DNA from: Octopus bimaculoides
Lineage: Eukaryota
Assembly (NCBI RefSeq): GCF_001194135.2
Contig: NC_068993.1
Location: 53,731,398 to 53,777,850 of the forward strand
Direction: 5' to 3'
Length of the DNA: 46,453 bases
Part shown: positions 10,461 through 23,323 of the stretch, piece after piece
How the letters are laid out: every line of letters begins with the position of its first letter
Numbering within the stretch: position 1 is the first letter of the stretch
Notes under the pieces: generated by a model
The model's database searches: none
What the model was told of the DNA's origin: nothing
What the model saw: only the letters and a program-made list of their open reading frames with translations
Program-made: the position numbers and the translations under genes

Positions 10461-11476
10461 TTTGAATCTACTTACAGTTAAGACATTATTGCAATCAAGG
10501 GCCATCGTACCGAAAATGTTTTTGTTAGATGAGAAATTAGGGATCATTCCATCATATCTTGTATGGTTAACAAAAGTTGATATTAAGAAATGCTAATTTT
10601 TCACTTGGTTTGCTTTAAGGTTTGCATTTATCTAAGATTACAGGCAAATTTATGTTCTAAAATATTTACGATGCATCGTCTTGATGGTATTTGGGGGTGG
10701 GTGGAGATCGAAGTTCTTGAAGGTGCCAAAGTTTTTTTTTTTTTTAATTCTTACTGTAGAACCAGTGACAAACTCAACACGATACATGACGGCATTTTGA
10801 GACAAATATGCGATATGAGATTTGACATATAATGTGTAACGTATTTAACATAACATGTGAAATGTGACTGACATATGAGATATCGCATTTAATATATGGA
10901 AACAGTAATTTCAGCTGTTTAAAGAATCTGAATGAAAAGTATAATGGATAAATGTGAGAGAAGAGGAAAAGGAGATATATTTTACAGAATGAAAACTGGA
11001 AAAAGAAGGAATTACATTTTCTGTCGATGTTTAAATCTTTGTTTATTTCCAGCACAAACCTAATACTTCAACTCCTCTCCAAACCAGGGACATTCTACAT
11101 TTCAACGACTTCTATAATTTATATGTAATCCAGTCTCACATCAACTTTATCCAGGAGATAAACTTGCAAACTGCAAAAGTGAACATCTGCTTTTTGTCTT
11201 TTAGCAATGTGACATGATATTTGTGTGTATTTGCTTGTGAGTTCTTCTTATGCACGTACACATTTATCCGTCTGTATCCTTGCATGTGTATGCATGTTTG
11301 TATGTATTTCCGAGTGTGTTTCAGTTTCCATAATACTCTAAATACGTTCAAATTGCAGATTCCACACAAGATTATAGAAAGATTTAAGTATAAAACACAT
11401 ATGGAGTATTTCCATATTATTATGTACCGAAATAATGTATTTAAGATAATATAGTGGCCAAGCTACTTAAGCGGGA

Positions 11477-11528
11477 GCTGTCGTCTAGTTTGTCAACGCT
11501 GTCGTCTAGTTTGTCAACGCTGTCGTCT
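11477..11528 (+). repeat. 21-bp tandem repeat (GCTGTCGTCTAGTTTGTCAAC), about 2.5 copies
   Basis: Direct read of the sequence. Confidence 0.9.
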
Positions 11529-11768
11529 GCAAACATCGATTATTCACTCTGAAAGCTCGTGTCGCGCCATTAGATTTCTCTGGTAAACTAATGACACAAA
11601 AAAAAAGAAAAAAGCGAAATATAAAACAGATAAGATCATCGCCGCAATCAGTCACTGAAGATTATATTTGCCTTTTCAGCTTATTTTTGTCGTAATTCTT
11701 CTGCTGAGCTCTGAGCCGTTTACTTCTCCTCAACCCCCGTCTCCTCCTCCACTCCTTATCATCCTCTG

Positions 11769-11834
11769 TCTTCTTCTTCTTCTTCTTCTTCTTCTTCTTC
11801 TTCTTCTTCTTCTTCTTCTTCTTCTTCTTCTTCT
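11769..11834 (+). repeat. (TCT)n microsatellite
   Basis: Perfect trinucleotide run. Confidence 0.95.
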
Positions 11835-12544
11835 TTTTTCCCTCTCCGCCACCTCCTCTACTTCTTCTCCTTGATACATTATTCTTATTTCTCAGTTCCT
11901 GCATGTTATTCTACATAGACCCACATNNNNNNNNNNNNNNNNNNNNNNNNNNNNNNNNNNNNNNNNNNNNNNNNNNNNNNNNNNNNNNNNNNNNNNNNNN
12001 NNNNNNNNNNNNNNNNNNNNNNNNNNNNNNNNNNNNNNNNNNNNNNNNNNNNNNNNNNNNNNNNNNNNNNNNNNNNNNNNNNNNNNNNNNNNNNNNNNNN
12101 NNNNNNNNNNNNNNNNNNNNNNNNNNNNNNNNNNNNNNNNNNNNNNNNNNNNNNNNNNNNNNNNNNNNNNNNNNNNNNNNNNNNNNNNNNNNNNNNNNNN
12201 NNNNNNNNNNNNNNNNNNNNNNNNNNNNNNNNNNNNNNNNNNNNNNNNNNNNNNNNNNNNNNNNNNNNNNNNNNNNNNNNNNNNNNGTGTGTGTGTGTGT
12301 GCATCTGTTTTGGAACAGTGAATCTTATTGCGCATAAAGCTATAAATAATAACATATAAGTATTAGGCTGAAAAACCCTTTGGATAGAAAAAGCTGGAGG
12401 CTTTAAGAGTTCAATATCCACTGTTCTTAGAAAGAATTATTTCAAGTTCTCTCGACAGTTTATAAATTCTTAAGGCGTCAACTACATATAATACTCGCTG
12501 TTAAGAATAAAGTTCTTAAAATCGGTAGATTAATTCGGAGAATT

Positions 12545-12605
12545 GCTCTGGTCCAGTGGTAGAACGTCTGCCATGTACACAGGAGATGTAGGTTCGTGTT
12601 CTGCG
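12545..12605 (+). pseudogene. degenerate tRNA-like segment (tRNA pseudogene or solo SINE head)
   Basis: TGGTCCAGTGGTAGAACG (A-box-like) and GGTTCGTGTTC (B-box-like) at tRNA spacing; no acceptor stem seen. Confidence 0.4.
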
Positions 12606-12756
12606 ACTTACTTTGGACTTATACTATCCAAAAGCGCTTTTCAATCCTGTATGTACATACTATTACTTATAGCTTTATGTGCTTCGAGATCCATTTTTCC
12701 AAGAAGAAATATACATACATACATACATATAAAAAAAATACACAGACATACATATA

Positions 12757-12926
12757 CATACGACGGGCTTCCACACAGTTCCTGTCTACCAAATTCACTC
12801 ATAAGGTATTGGTCTGTCTGGGGTTGCAACAGATGATATTTGCCCAAGGTGCTGCACTGTGGGATTGAACCCCAAACCATCTGGTTGCAAAGTGAGCTTC
12901 TTAACCACGCTGTCATTCCTGTACCT
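12757..12926 (-). mobile_element. SINE family B 5' half
   Basis: ACGACGGGCTTC..CTACCAAATTCACTCA..TTGCCCAAGGTGC..GGGATTGAACCC. Confidence 0.8.
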
Positions 12927-13613
12927 TTACAATTTTCACAAATGTTAGACTTAGCAAAGGAAAGAGGAATCAGAGGACGCACTTGAGCCTCGTTATGGCC
13001 AATAACTTGTTTATTTCAAACACGTGGTCTACTCCCGGTGGTCAATTATTATAAGGGAGACAATCCCTTCTAGATTAAGTTAGTTTGAGGTGGTCTTGAA
13101 TGTTTGGTATTTACATGAAAGACTGAAGGTGTACAGACTACACATGTTTAATTTTTTTTTTCTACACTTTATAGAGATCTGAAAGTTTCTAACAGTTGTT
13201 TACTTTAGTTTTCCGACATAGCTGAACCGTTTAAATTCTTACTTCATTAGTTATAAATGGTGTACGCTAACGTTTTGTGTAGATTTACCAATCTAAATAA
13301 ACAAAGAGACACGATTGTGATATGACAAAAGAAAGGTACGGTAAGTTTTTCAATATTCTCTTTGGAAAAAACTGGTTAAGAAATTTGGTTGCGTGCAGTT
13401 TTAAATATTGTATTGAAGAAGTTTAATGAAAACATCCAATGACAAACTAGACTGGATAGAATAAATATTCATGATTAATAACTTTAAGAGTCTCTCTTGA
13501 GAAATGTTTGACGTCAATCAGTTTGTTTGTTTTTTTCATTTTTACTCCAGCAAATGTAACAGAATTTATCGTTTGCCTACTTTGTGAAGCATTTTCTTTT
13601 AAATTTTACACAA

Positions 13614-13738
13614 AAGCGCAGGCGTAGCTTTGTGGTTAAGGTACTCACGTTGCAACACATGGTTTCGGGTTCACTTCCACGTCATGGCACCTTAAGCTGG
13701 AGTATTTTTACCATCGCCCCGGGTCGACCAATGTTGAT
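13614..13738 (+). mobile_element. SINE family B-like head and core fragment
   Basis: GCGCAGGCGTAGCTTTGTGGTTAAG..CACATGGTTTCGGGTTCA..GGCACCTT. Confidence 0.7.
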
Positions 13739-14202
13739 GTCAATTCATACTCAATAAATAATTATAAAGCTTGAATACCTTTATTTATTCAACTTCCATA
13801 TTAACTATGGTAAAAAAAAAACCCCAGCTCAGTCTACATATTTCCACGGGCCACATATGCTAACGGTCAAATAGTGAGGGCTTTTAGAGGTTATCTGTGC
13901 CTGCTCGAGACTACATGGTTGCATAAAGCCATAAAAAACGGCAACATATATTCTAATACGAAGTCATCCTCGATCACGAATGACCATCGCTGTAATATAA
14001 CAGTAAATGGAAACATACTTATAACTGCGTGTTTGCACGGTACGTGTACGTGCAAAGATTATTCCACAGCCATACGGCAGTTAGTCGAGAATTTATATCA
14101 GACGATTACACGACAAACACATAAATTACCACAACCTTTACCAACGATCGATGCTGTTTATGATGTCATTTCATATCTATATTAAGAAACTATAATCGTT
14201 AT

Positions 14203-14349
14203 AAGGCGGAAAGCTGGCAGAATTGTTAACAAGCTCAGCAAAATGCTTACTGGTATTTCGTCCGTCTTTGAGTTCAAATTCCGCCGAGGAAACTGTTTTA
14301 TTGATCGGGTCAACTGGAATCCTTGTCATGGTAACCGACGGAGTGCCAA
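14203..14349 (+). mobile_element. chimeric SINE: family A head plus family C tail
   Basis: 14203-14289 matches the family A head up to CCGCCGAGG; 14300-14349 matches the 3' end of 24797-25151 (GATCGGGTCAACTGGAA..GACGGAGTGCCAA). Confidence 0.7.
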
Positions 14350-14434
14350 TTTTTTCTTCATTAGATTAGAATAGTCAGCTATATATCATACTCAACGCAT
14401 ATACACTATCAGCAGACCAGTTGCATGCCTATCA

Positions 14435-14473
<39 letters not shown>

Positions 14474-14537
14474 TAATTATGTATGTATATTGCATATACA
14501 CTTACTACACCTACATACATAGATGGCTATTTTAATT

Positions 14538-14742
14538 TAAACAATTGCAGCGTGGAAGGTACTTATAAGCCATTTAAAAACACACAGAAACCGTTAGATT
14601 TACTTTAACATTTAAATTTAATTTGCCAAAATATTTTCGTCGCTTTGAGACCGTGACTTTTTCACTGACAAAATTCCGTGCATCACAGAATTCTGCGTGT
14701 TTTTAAATGACTTATAAACACCTTCCACGCTGCAATTGTTTT
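14538..14742. mobile_element. short element with ~48-bp terminal inverted repeats (MITE-like or Penelope-derived)
   Basis: AAACAATTGCAGCGTGGAAGGTACTTATAAGCCATTTAAAAACAC vs GTGTTTTTAAATGACTTATAAACACCTTCCACGCTGCAATTGTTT. Confidence 0.8.
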
Positions 14743-15431
14743 CATTTCAGCACACGATCTCAGATCAGGTCACTTGCTATGCAAGTATATCTCCGTAATA
14801 TTTTAATTTAATACTGCATCAAGTGCGTATATCGGGTGATTAGTAGCAACATCTGCGAAGGCTTTATTCCTTTCTTTTCCTATGTCGGAGACGACAAATT
14901 TTCGTCCGGGCATATTGCTGTCTGTGAATACGCAAAGGAAAAAGGCAAAAAGAAAAAAAAAAGAACCGAAATGTATCTGCCGTTCTCGCTAGCGGCAGCT
15001 GGAACGAATTTCCGTTCGATATTTACCGTGTTTTTAACACCGCACACCCACAACAGATATTATCTCAGAAAAAATACACCAGTAATTACTCTATTAACAT
15101 TGTATATCCATTAACTGTGATACATATATGACTATTTTGTGCTTAATTTTCCTCTCTTCAAGGTTGTCATGACGTATTTTTTATAATCCGAATCTTATAT
15201 CTATTTTTTAGTATATCTGTTGATTACGTATCACATTTTCAATTATTTACAGCCTCCCTGGCATCCTGATAAATATAAACCTTCTGTGTCGGATTCAGGT
15301 TGGTCTTTTCAAATTGAAGATTTTATTTCTCTGCTTTGATGTCAAGCCTTGCTAGTTAATTCAACATTCAGTTGTTAATAATATAAGTCATTACGGGAAC
15401 ATCTACAGTATTTGATATCTATCAATTTTAT

Positions 15432-15629
15432 TCTTTTTTTCTTTTTATCTGTTCCAGTCATTTGACTACGGCCATGCTGGAGCACCGCCTTTAGTCGAGC
15501 AAATCGACCCCAGGACTTATTCTTTGTAAACCTAGTACTTATTCTGTCGGGACCTTTTGTCGAACCGCTGAGTTACGGGGGCGTAGACACGCCAACATCG
15601 GTTGTCAAGCGATGGTGGGGGGACAAACA

Positions 15630-15691
<62 letters not shown>

Positions 15692-15868
15692 TACACACAC
15701 ATATATATATATGTGACGGGCTTCTTTCAGTTTCCGTCTACCATTTCCAATCACAAGGCTTTGGTCGGCCTGATGCTATAGTAGAAGACACTTGCTCAAG
15801 GTACCACTCAGTAGGACTGAATCCGGAACCATGTGGTTGGTAAGCAAGCTACTTACCACACATCCACT
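15432..15868 (-). mobile_element. SINE family B, near full length, internal (CA)n/(TA)n
   Basis: Minus strand: tRNA-like head GAGTGGATGTGTGGTAAGTAGC, core CCTTGAGCAAGTGTCTTCTACTATAGC, microsatellite, then tail GCTCCAGCATGGCCGTAGTCAAATGACTGGAAC. Confidence 0.9.
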
Positions 15869-15916
15869 CATTATTATTATTATTATTATTATTANNNNNN
15901 NNNNTACCACACATCC

Positions 15917-15973
<57 letters not shown>
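15869..15973 (+). repeat. (TTA)n microsatellite spanning a 10-N gap
   Basis: Direct read of the sequence. Confidence 0.9.
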
Positions 15974-15974
<1 letters not shown>

Positions 15975-16671
15975 TTGGTTTGGCTCAGTTTAGGTCTTAT
16001 TACTGTTAGAATTTATGTGTGTAGCGAGTTACTATCTGTAACCTTAAGTATCTACAAGTTTTCAGCAATCTTTCAAGTACTTAGAACCCTCCTGATAATC
16101 CCTAAGAGACAAACTTTCTGTAGGAGTTCTATCGGGCATTCTTTTTCAATCTCCTTCAGCCATTTGTCTATATCTTTGCTTACTGTTCCCATCGCACCAT
16201 CGCATGCTCCAAATTCTTCCAATTTCAAATCTTAAAGGATTCTATTTTTCTTTTTTTTTGTGTGTGTGTGTGTTTTTCGTCTTCTTTCTTCACGATCCTG
16301 GAATCAAACGGGCATGATGTGTCGATAAGTAAGCAACTTCGCTTTTCCTTATCTATAATTGTTATTATTTTCTAATCTCTTGTCTGTTTGAATAGAAAAG
16401 ACCCACAAAATCTTACATTCCTCCGACTCCAGGACTCTTTCGACTCGATAATTGTATCACGTGTTTCTAGCTTCAAATCCCCGTTTCCGGCACAGTTTCC
16501 AGTGTAAAACTCTTGTAGCCTGGTCGTGCCTCTATTTCTTATATTCTTCCTGTGCTAAACTTGGTGCATTCCGCCACAATGTGCGTCACCATCTCGTTCC
16601 AAGTTTCACAGGCTCTACATTTTTCTAATACATTCTCTACATATATTTTTCTCAAGTTGTTTGTTTTATCG

Positions 16672-16708
<37 letters not shown>

Positions 16709-17512
16709 TGCATTTGGCTCTTTTTTTGGACATTAATCTAACGCATCCATATCAATTCTTCCTAATCTATTCTTTCATTCGTGTATATTATGCTCTGTTT
16801 GATTCATTACTTCTTATGAATTTAGAAGCCTGTCTTTGGCGTAATTCTCTTATTTCTGTTAGTATTCTATTAGTATTAATATTCTTAATTAATTCATTTC
16901 ATAATTATGTAGTATTCTTAATTAATTTCGATTCTTCTGGGTTGTTTTAGCACATTTTTCTTCCATGAATTCAATATCAATTACCTTAGCAAATCCATGT
17001 ATTGTCTGCGGCATTGTTTCTACTTCTTTATCATCTGGAGCATACTATTTGAGGTCGTCCATATACAAAAGACAGTTTATTGTTCTTCCATTGTATTCAT
17101 AACTGAGTCTAGTCTTGTTAAATATGCCGTATTAGCACCAGACAACAATGGAAATATTCCTATTCTAATGGAACTAAACATAGTTCTCTTTTGTCTCTAG
17201 CCTTTCAGTTGTTTGCCATTTACGTCTGACGTGTTTGTTGTCAGTCATTCGGTCAATGAGGCCGTCCGTGCATATTCGCACAATAGGTGACAGTTCACCT
17301 TCAGATTTCTCCATCGCCTGCGCGTTCAATGTTTGTCCAGTTTTTTTTTTTTTGTTTTTGTTTTTTGTGGGTCCTATTGATAAATTTGACGATGTGGCCC
17401 GTAATTTTTGTCGTATTGTCTTTTCCTTTAGTGTCCATCTCAATGTAACTTTTGCATACCTACGGTTTGGCTGCTGTGGAACTTGACCATCTAGATGCAT
17501 TCTTCGTTCTGT
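15973..17512 (-). mobile_element. R4/Dong-clade non-LTR retrotransposon remnant (RT, CCHC, restriction-like endonuclease), degenerate
   Basis: Minus-strand INCLLYMDDLK (YMDD at 17054-17065), CRACETWNEMVTHIVAEC (CX2CX8HX4C), RHDQATRVLHWKLC, KILWVFSIQTD, CLLIDTSCPFD, GAMGTVSKDIDKWL..LLQKVCLLG..IIRRVLST*; 3' UTR of about 100 bp ending at (TAA)n; many stops and frameshifts. Confidence 0.85.
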
Positions 17513-17539
17513 CACCAGGTCTTAGAGTCTTCGCAACGG

Positions 17540-17918
17540 CAACACCGCCTTGAAGAATTTTTCCTCGAGCAAATCGGCCCCCAATACTTGTTACTTTTTC
17601 TAAGCCTAGTACTCATTCCATCAGTCTCTTTTTGCCAAACCGATAAGTTATGGAGATATTAACAAACCGACAACAGTTGTTAAGCGTTGGTGNNNNNNNN
17701 NNNNNNNNNNNNNNNNNNNNNNNNNNNNNNNNNNNNNNNNNNNNNNNNNNNNNNNNNNNNNNNNNNNNNNNNNNNNNNNNNNNNNNNNNNNNNNNNNNNN
17801 NNNNNNNNNNNNNNNNNNNNNNNNNNNNNNNNNNNNNNNNNNNNNNNNNNNNNNNNNNNNNNNNNNNNNNNNNNNNNNNNNNNNNNNNNNNNNNNNNNNN
17901 NNNNNNNNNNNNNNNNNN

Positions 17919-17982
<64 letters not shown>

Positions 17983-18146
17983 GACGGGCTTCTTTCAGCT
18001 TCCGTCAAGCAAATCCACTCTCAAAGCTTTGGTCAGTCCTGGGCTGTGGCAGAAGAGACTTATTTAGGTTGCCAAGTTGTTGGACTAAACCTGAAAGCAT
18101 GTGTTTGGGAAACAAACTTCTTACTATACAGCCACACCTGCGTCTG
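17540..18146 (-). mobile_element. SINE family B, near full length, gap in internal microsatellite
   Basis: Tail part 17540-17692 and head part 17981-18146 both match 15432-15868. Confidence 0.85.
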
Positions 18147-20569
18147 TTTAATGTATCTAATTACTAGTGATGCTACTTAACTGATCCTGAATGCTTATAG
18201 GATCCACGTGTGAGAAATAAATTAAAAAGCCTGCTTGTAGTCAGCCGATTTCATAATCAAATCCGTCTTTATCCTCTCACATTCTTTGGTTACGGTTTTG
18301 TTCATTAGTAAGTTTGTTCATTAATTATAGCTAGGTGGTACTTTGCAGCGTTCTTTCTGCTTTTCTGAGAACAGATTCATTCTCTGTGATATTATTGTAA
18401 TTAAGGATTTGTAGGTTGTAGGAAAACAGGTTTTCTGTCTATAGCTTTCAAGTGTTAAGATGGCTTACGCCCTCAGCTCAAATTTTCACGTGACTTGTGT
18501 TTAGCAACGTAATAATAACTGGTAATCTATCAGTTTTGTAATAATAGATCATTAATTGTACACTTTCAATCACTGCTACACCATCTTTAACTGTAAACCT
18601 CACTACTTACCACGGTCCTATTACAATTGCTATCAATAAAAATAATTGAGATTGAGATTGGAAGTTTACTTCAATAAGGACCCATTTAGTGAAGGTGTGT
18701 TATAAAACTACCAAGGTTTCAGTTCCTATAATACTCAAGATATAATCATCAGGTCGACCAAATAACACTAGAGTTAATATTGGTTATAAAACAGCTAATT
18801 GTTACATGCCATAAAACGAATTTACATCAAAACAAATTCTCCTTGATGCTAGAACTTAAAATACTTACGTCTATGAAGGTGTTACATAAAACAAGTGTAA
18901 ATGTATGGAATAGTATGAAAGCAGAAGACATGGAATGAACGGTAAAAACTGTATTTTCGCACTAGTTGAATCCAAAGGTTAAACACTATTTCCAATATTT
19001 TCACTTCTATTAAACCCGCCAGAATTACTAAGAACTAACTAGAAAAGTTGGATGTTATAATAAAACTTATAAACACAAGCATTCTCTTATTATTGTTGAT
19101 ATCGGCCTATTATTGGCCCTTTGCTTCGTGTGTGATATTTGGTAACCCTTTCTTAGGTTCTCTTCTAGCTCTTACTTTCCCTATAAGTATCAAATTATAG
19201 AGGTTGATGTTAAATATCAAACGTATCAATCACATCAAACTAGAAAAATCTGCAAAGGCAACAGACATTGTTCCACTCTTTCCTGGTTTAAGTAATCAAA
19301 AATAGTACCTGTGCTTCTGTGTAGACGAATTCCAGATTTACATAATTTCTAGGTTGTATAATATATCCCATCAGTCACTCACTTCGGTCATTCTCCTCAA
19401 CTCAGAGGTTTTGGTACACACTTAGTCGCCATCAGTTTGAGTACATATCCCAGTATAGATTTTATTTCTTACATCAGTAACTATAGAACTGACCTTAGAC
19501 GGAGAAAAAAGCAGTTATTAGAAATTGATGTTTCATGAAATACAACTCCTTTCTCGTTACCGATTAAAGTTGGAAGATAGCGTGACAATAGGTAAGCAAA
19601 AATATTCCCAAAGACATGAAAATATGATTAGTCAATTGTACATCACTGTTTGATTGGCTGAAAAAAAAAATCGGAAAGCAAATGATATCTCCACGTCTTC
19701 AGTATCATTTATATAAAACAGACTCACTAATTATTTTTGCCAACCTAAATACCGATTAATAAATAATTCAGGAACTGCTAAGTAGTTCAGTAACATAAAT
19801 AGCAAGCCCCTTTGGAAATTTATGCGGGTAGGTATAATAGATTTCCATCCATCAATAACTATATAACTTGTTCAAGAAGTGTTACATTGATCACATGGAT
19901 CGGGAACGAAAATCTTCGAGTAGAAACGCACACAGATTTGTCGTTGCAATAAATATTCTTCCGTTCCGCCTACATAATCGATTGTTGTAGCACCGATGTG
20001 ATATAATAATCGAATACCTTTGTCTATCTATTCATGTCCTACAGACCTGCTATGCTTTTTACCATATAAAAAAGTCTATCTACACACGAAATGAAATATT
20101 ACGCATACAAGACAGATGCAGCGAATCAGGCGAGGGAAACAACTGCATCAAGCAGGTCGAAAGAATGCAAAGGAATGACGTTACTCAGAATCTTTGCCAA
20201 AGTTCGGCTTCGGTATAATAGAGCCAAACAATGTTCACATCTTTGACAATACTTGCTTCTCAAAATTGCTGCAACTCTATGATAGAACAACTGCTGTAAT
20301 CTGTCGAAGCGATTTGTTTACGCTTCTTTATTTCCGTACTTGCGTTCTGATGGCTTTCATAAAAACAAAAACAAAACCTATTACGCTATTTCACAATACT
20401 TTATACCAACTACACTATTTACACGTCACACCTAAGCGTGTCTACATACGTGTGCATGTGGGAATGTAAATATATATGTATACATATACATTTATATTCA
20501 TATGTATACAAATATTTACACCACCTGTCCTCGTCTGTTGTTATTATTTGTATATTCTCCCATATATGC

Positions 20570-20616
<47 letters not shown>

Positions 20617-21677
20617 NNNNNNNNNNNNNNNNNNNNNNNNNNNNNNNNNNNNNNNNNNNNNNNNNNNNNNNNNNNNNNNNNNNNNNNNNNNNNNNNNNNN
20701 NNNNNNNNNNNNNNNNNNNNNNNNNNNNNNNNNNNNNNNNNNNNNNNNNNNNNNNNNNNNNNNNNNNNNNNNNNNNNNNNNNNNNNNNNNNNNNNNNNNN
20801 NNNNNNNNNNNNNNNNNNNNNNNNNNNNNNNNNNNNNNNNNNNNNNNNNNNNNNNNNNNNNNNNNNNNNNNNNNNNNNNNNNNNNNNNNNNNNNNNNNNN
20901 NNNNNNNNNNNNNNNNNNNNNNNNNNNNNNNNNNNNNNNNNNNNNNNNNNNNNNNNNAAATGGAGGAGATTATACATAAATATGAATGAATTTGTTGAAC
21001 TGTATTTAATAAGTTAAATCATATATTAAATAAATAAATAAATAAACATATGTTTATCTATTTATCTAGCTGTTTGTCTGCCTGACTGTCTATCCATCCA
21101 TCCATCCATCCATCCATCCATTTTTCTATCTATCTATCTATCTATTTCCCCCTCACACACACGCACACGCATGCACACACACACACACACATACACGCAC
21201 ACATACACACACACACGCGCGCGCGCGCACACACACACACACACACGCACACACACTGAAGCAGTCATTATTTCTACTTATACTCCACCAACACAATAAT
21301 ACTTGTCTAGATTCCGTGGAACAATGTTTCGTATTTATTGATTCCTCTGTTCAGTGAGCGGTAGCAATTGTGATTGTCTAATCACTTCCTGTATTTGAAG
21401 AATCACATCAATTTCTCTCTGATTACTTCCGCAACAAGGACAGACGAAACGTCTGAGTAGAATCAACCATTATTTGCTCTGAAATTAAGAATCTTTTCTC
21501 AAACATTTGCTTTATTTCTGTATTGTATGTTTACCAACTCAAAAAGTTAAAAACACACACAGGCACGCATACATGCATGCATAAACATACAACATACATA
21601 CGTACGTACTGACATATATGTACGCAATATGTACATACACAAAACACATTAAAAACACGCATATGTGAATGAATATT

Positions 21678-21709
<32 letters not shown>

Positions 21710-21825
21710 GTGTGTATACTTTAATATCATTATTAAAAGTGCAAAAGTAACACGAAAATCTGCTACTTAGAGTTTCACGTTCCCGTTCGTCGGACACTTA
21801 GATGGGTGTGCGTGTGTGTGGGTGT

Positions 21826-21892
<67 letters not shown>

Positions 21893-22103
21893 CGTGTGCG
21901 TGCGTGTGTGCGCGTGTGCGTGCGTATTGTAAATAATTACATCTGATGGCTGGCTGTGCAATCTATGACTTCAAATACCGTATTTGGATCATTGTAGAAA
22001 TTTATATTCTAAATAGAACGGTTTCCTGCTAATATTGATCTGATTATCTAGTGAATTAGATATGACAACTTAACCCTGTTTGAGAATAATGTAATTGATG
22101 ACA

Positions 22104-22144
<41 letters not shown>

Positions 22145-23080
22145 TTACGTGTGTGTGTATATATGTGTATTTAGGGAATACGATTCCAAAACTTACAGTG
22201 AAAATTCAATTTATCAGTTCTAATTTCCCAATATATAATACATATATAATTTAGCGAAAAACAGATTGTGTAATTTATTGATTTTTGGAATAGGGTTTTT
22301 GTGGTATATTTGTTTTTCTAGATGTTTTGAATGACATTTTTCATTGTTGAATTTGTTAATAGTTGGTTTTTCTCCAAATTATATATATATATATATATAT
22401 ATATTCAATGTTCGGATAGTATTTCTTGTTATTATAACATCATAAATTACAGAATTTCTACACATGTTTCACGAGCTTCCTCTAGTAATACGGTAAACGT
22501 TATATAGATCGCTGTATAATCTCGTTATGACGCCAGATCATCATCAGAAAAAAACATACTTTAACCCATTGTTGCTTACCAACTTGTCATGTTGTGTGTA
22601 CTTCGAGATCAATTGTTCCAAAAAAAAAGTATATATATATTTATATATTTATATGCACGTATGTATCTGTGAATGCACACGTGCATATAGCCTGTGAGAA
22701 GACTATGAACATAAAAAGGAAAACAGGAAGAACAATGTTTTATCAAAACGGTATTAGTTTAACCCTTGAGTGTTACAATTATTAGTAAAATCGTAAGCAA
22801 ACATAAAATGCAATGGCATTAAACAAACTTACATACTTTGTTTTACGTAAGGACTTGAATTTTGCTCTCCGAGAGAATCGACTCAGGTAATATACATGTC
22901 CGTGAAGACTGCAAAACATTCCAGAGAGAAAGAGAAAAGGAAAAGAAAGACACTCGTATTAGTATATTACATGCACTAGAAACATTAGTAAAACTGAGAA
23001 TATAATGTATATATATGTATATATATGTATATATATGTATGCATATGTATATATTGGTCTGTTGCATGTATGAATGTACG

Positions 23081-23129
<49 letters not shown>

Positions 23130-23254
23130 AGATAGATAGATAGATACATAGATAGATATAGATATATATATATATACACACACATATAAATACATACATG
23201 CAACATACAAACATATACACACATATATATATAAACACAGATACGCACACATTC

Positions 23255-23323
<69 letters not shown>

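Noticed and set aside
7269-11528. 20-bp and 21-bp direct repeats as CRISPR-like arrays
   Set aside because: They are head-to-tail tandem copies without spacers, in a eukaryotic context.
13874-14185. 103-aa ORF in non-repetitive sequence
   Set aside because: No ATG start, no recognised motif, and a length reachable by chance.
15853-15945. Apparent tandem duplication of TACCACACATCCACTC(ATT)n
   Set aside because: The two copies flank a 10-N gap, which is typical of unmerged overlapping contig ends; probably an assembly artefact.
21419-21456. Hammerhead-like CTGATTA...GAAACGTC
   Set aside because: The core is mismatched and there is no stem II; better explained as a simple CAGAC-GAAAC-GTCTG hairpin.
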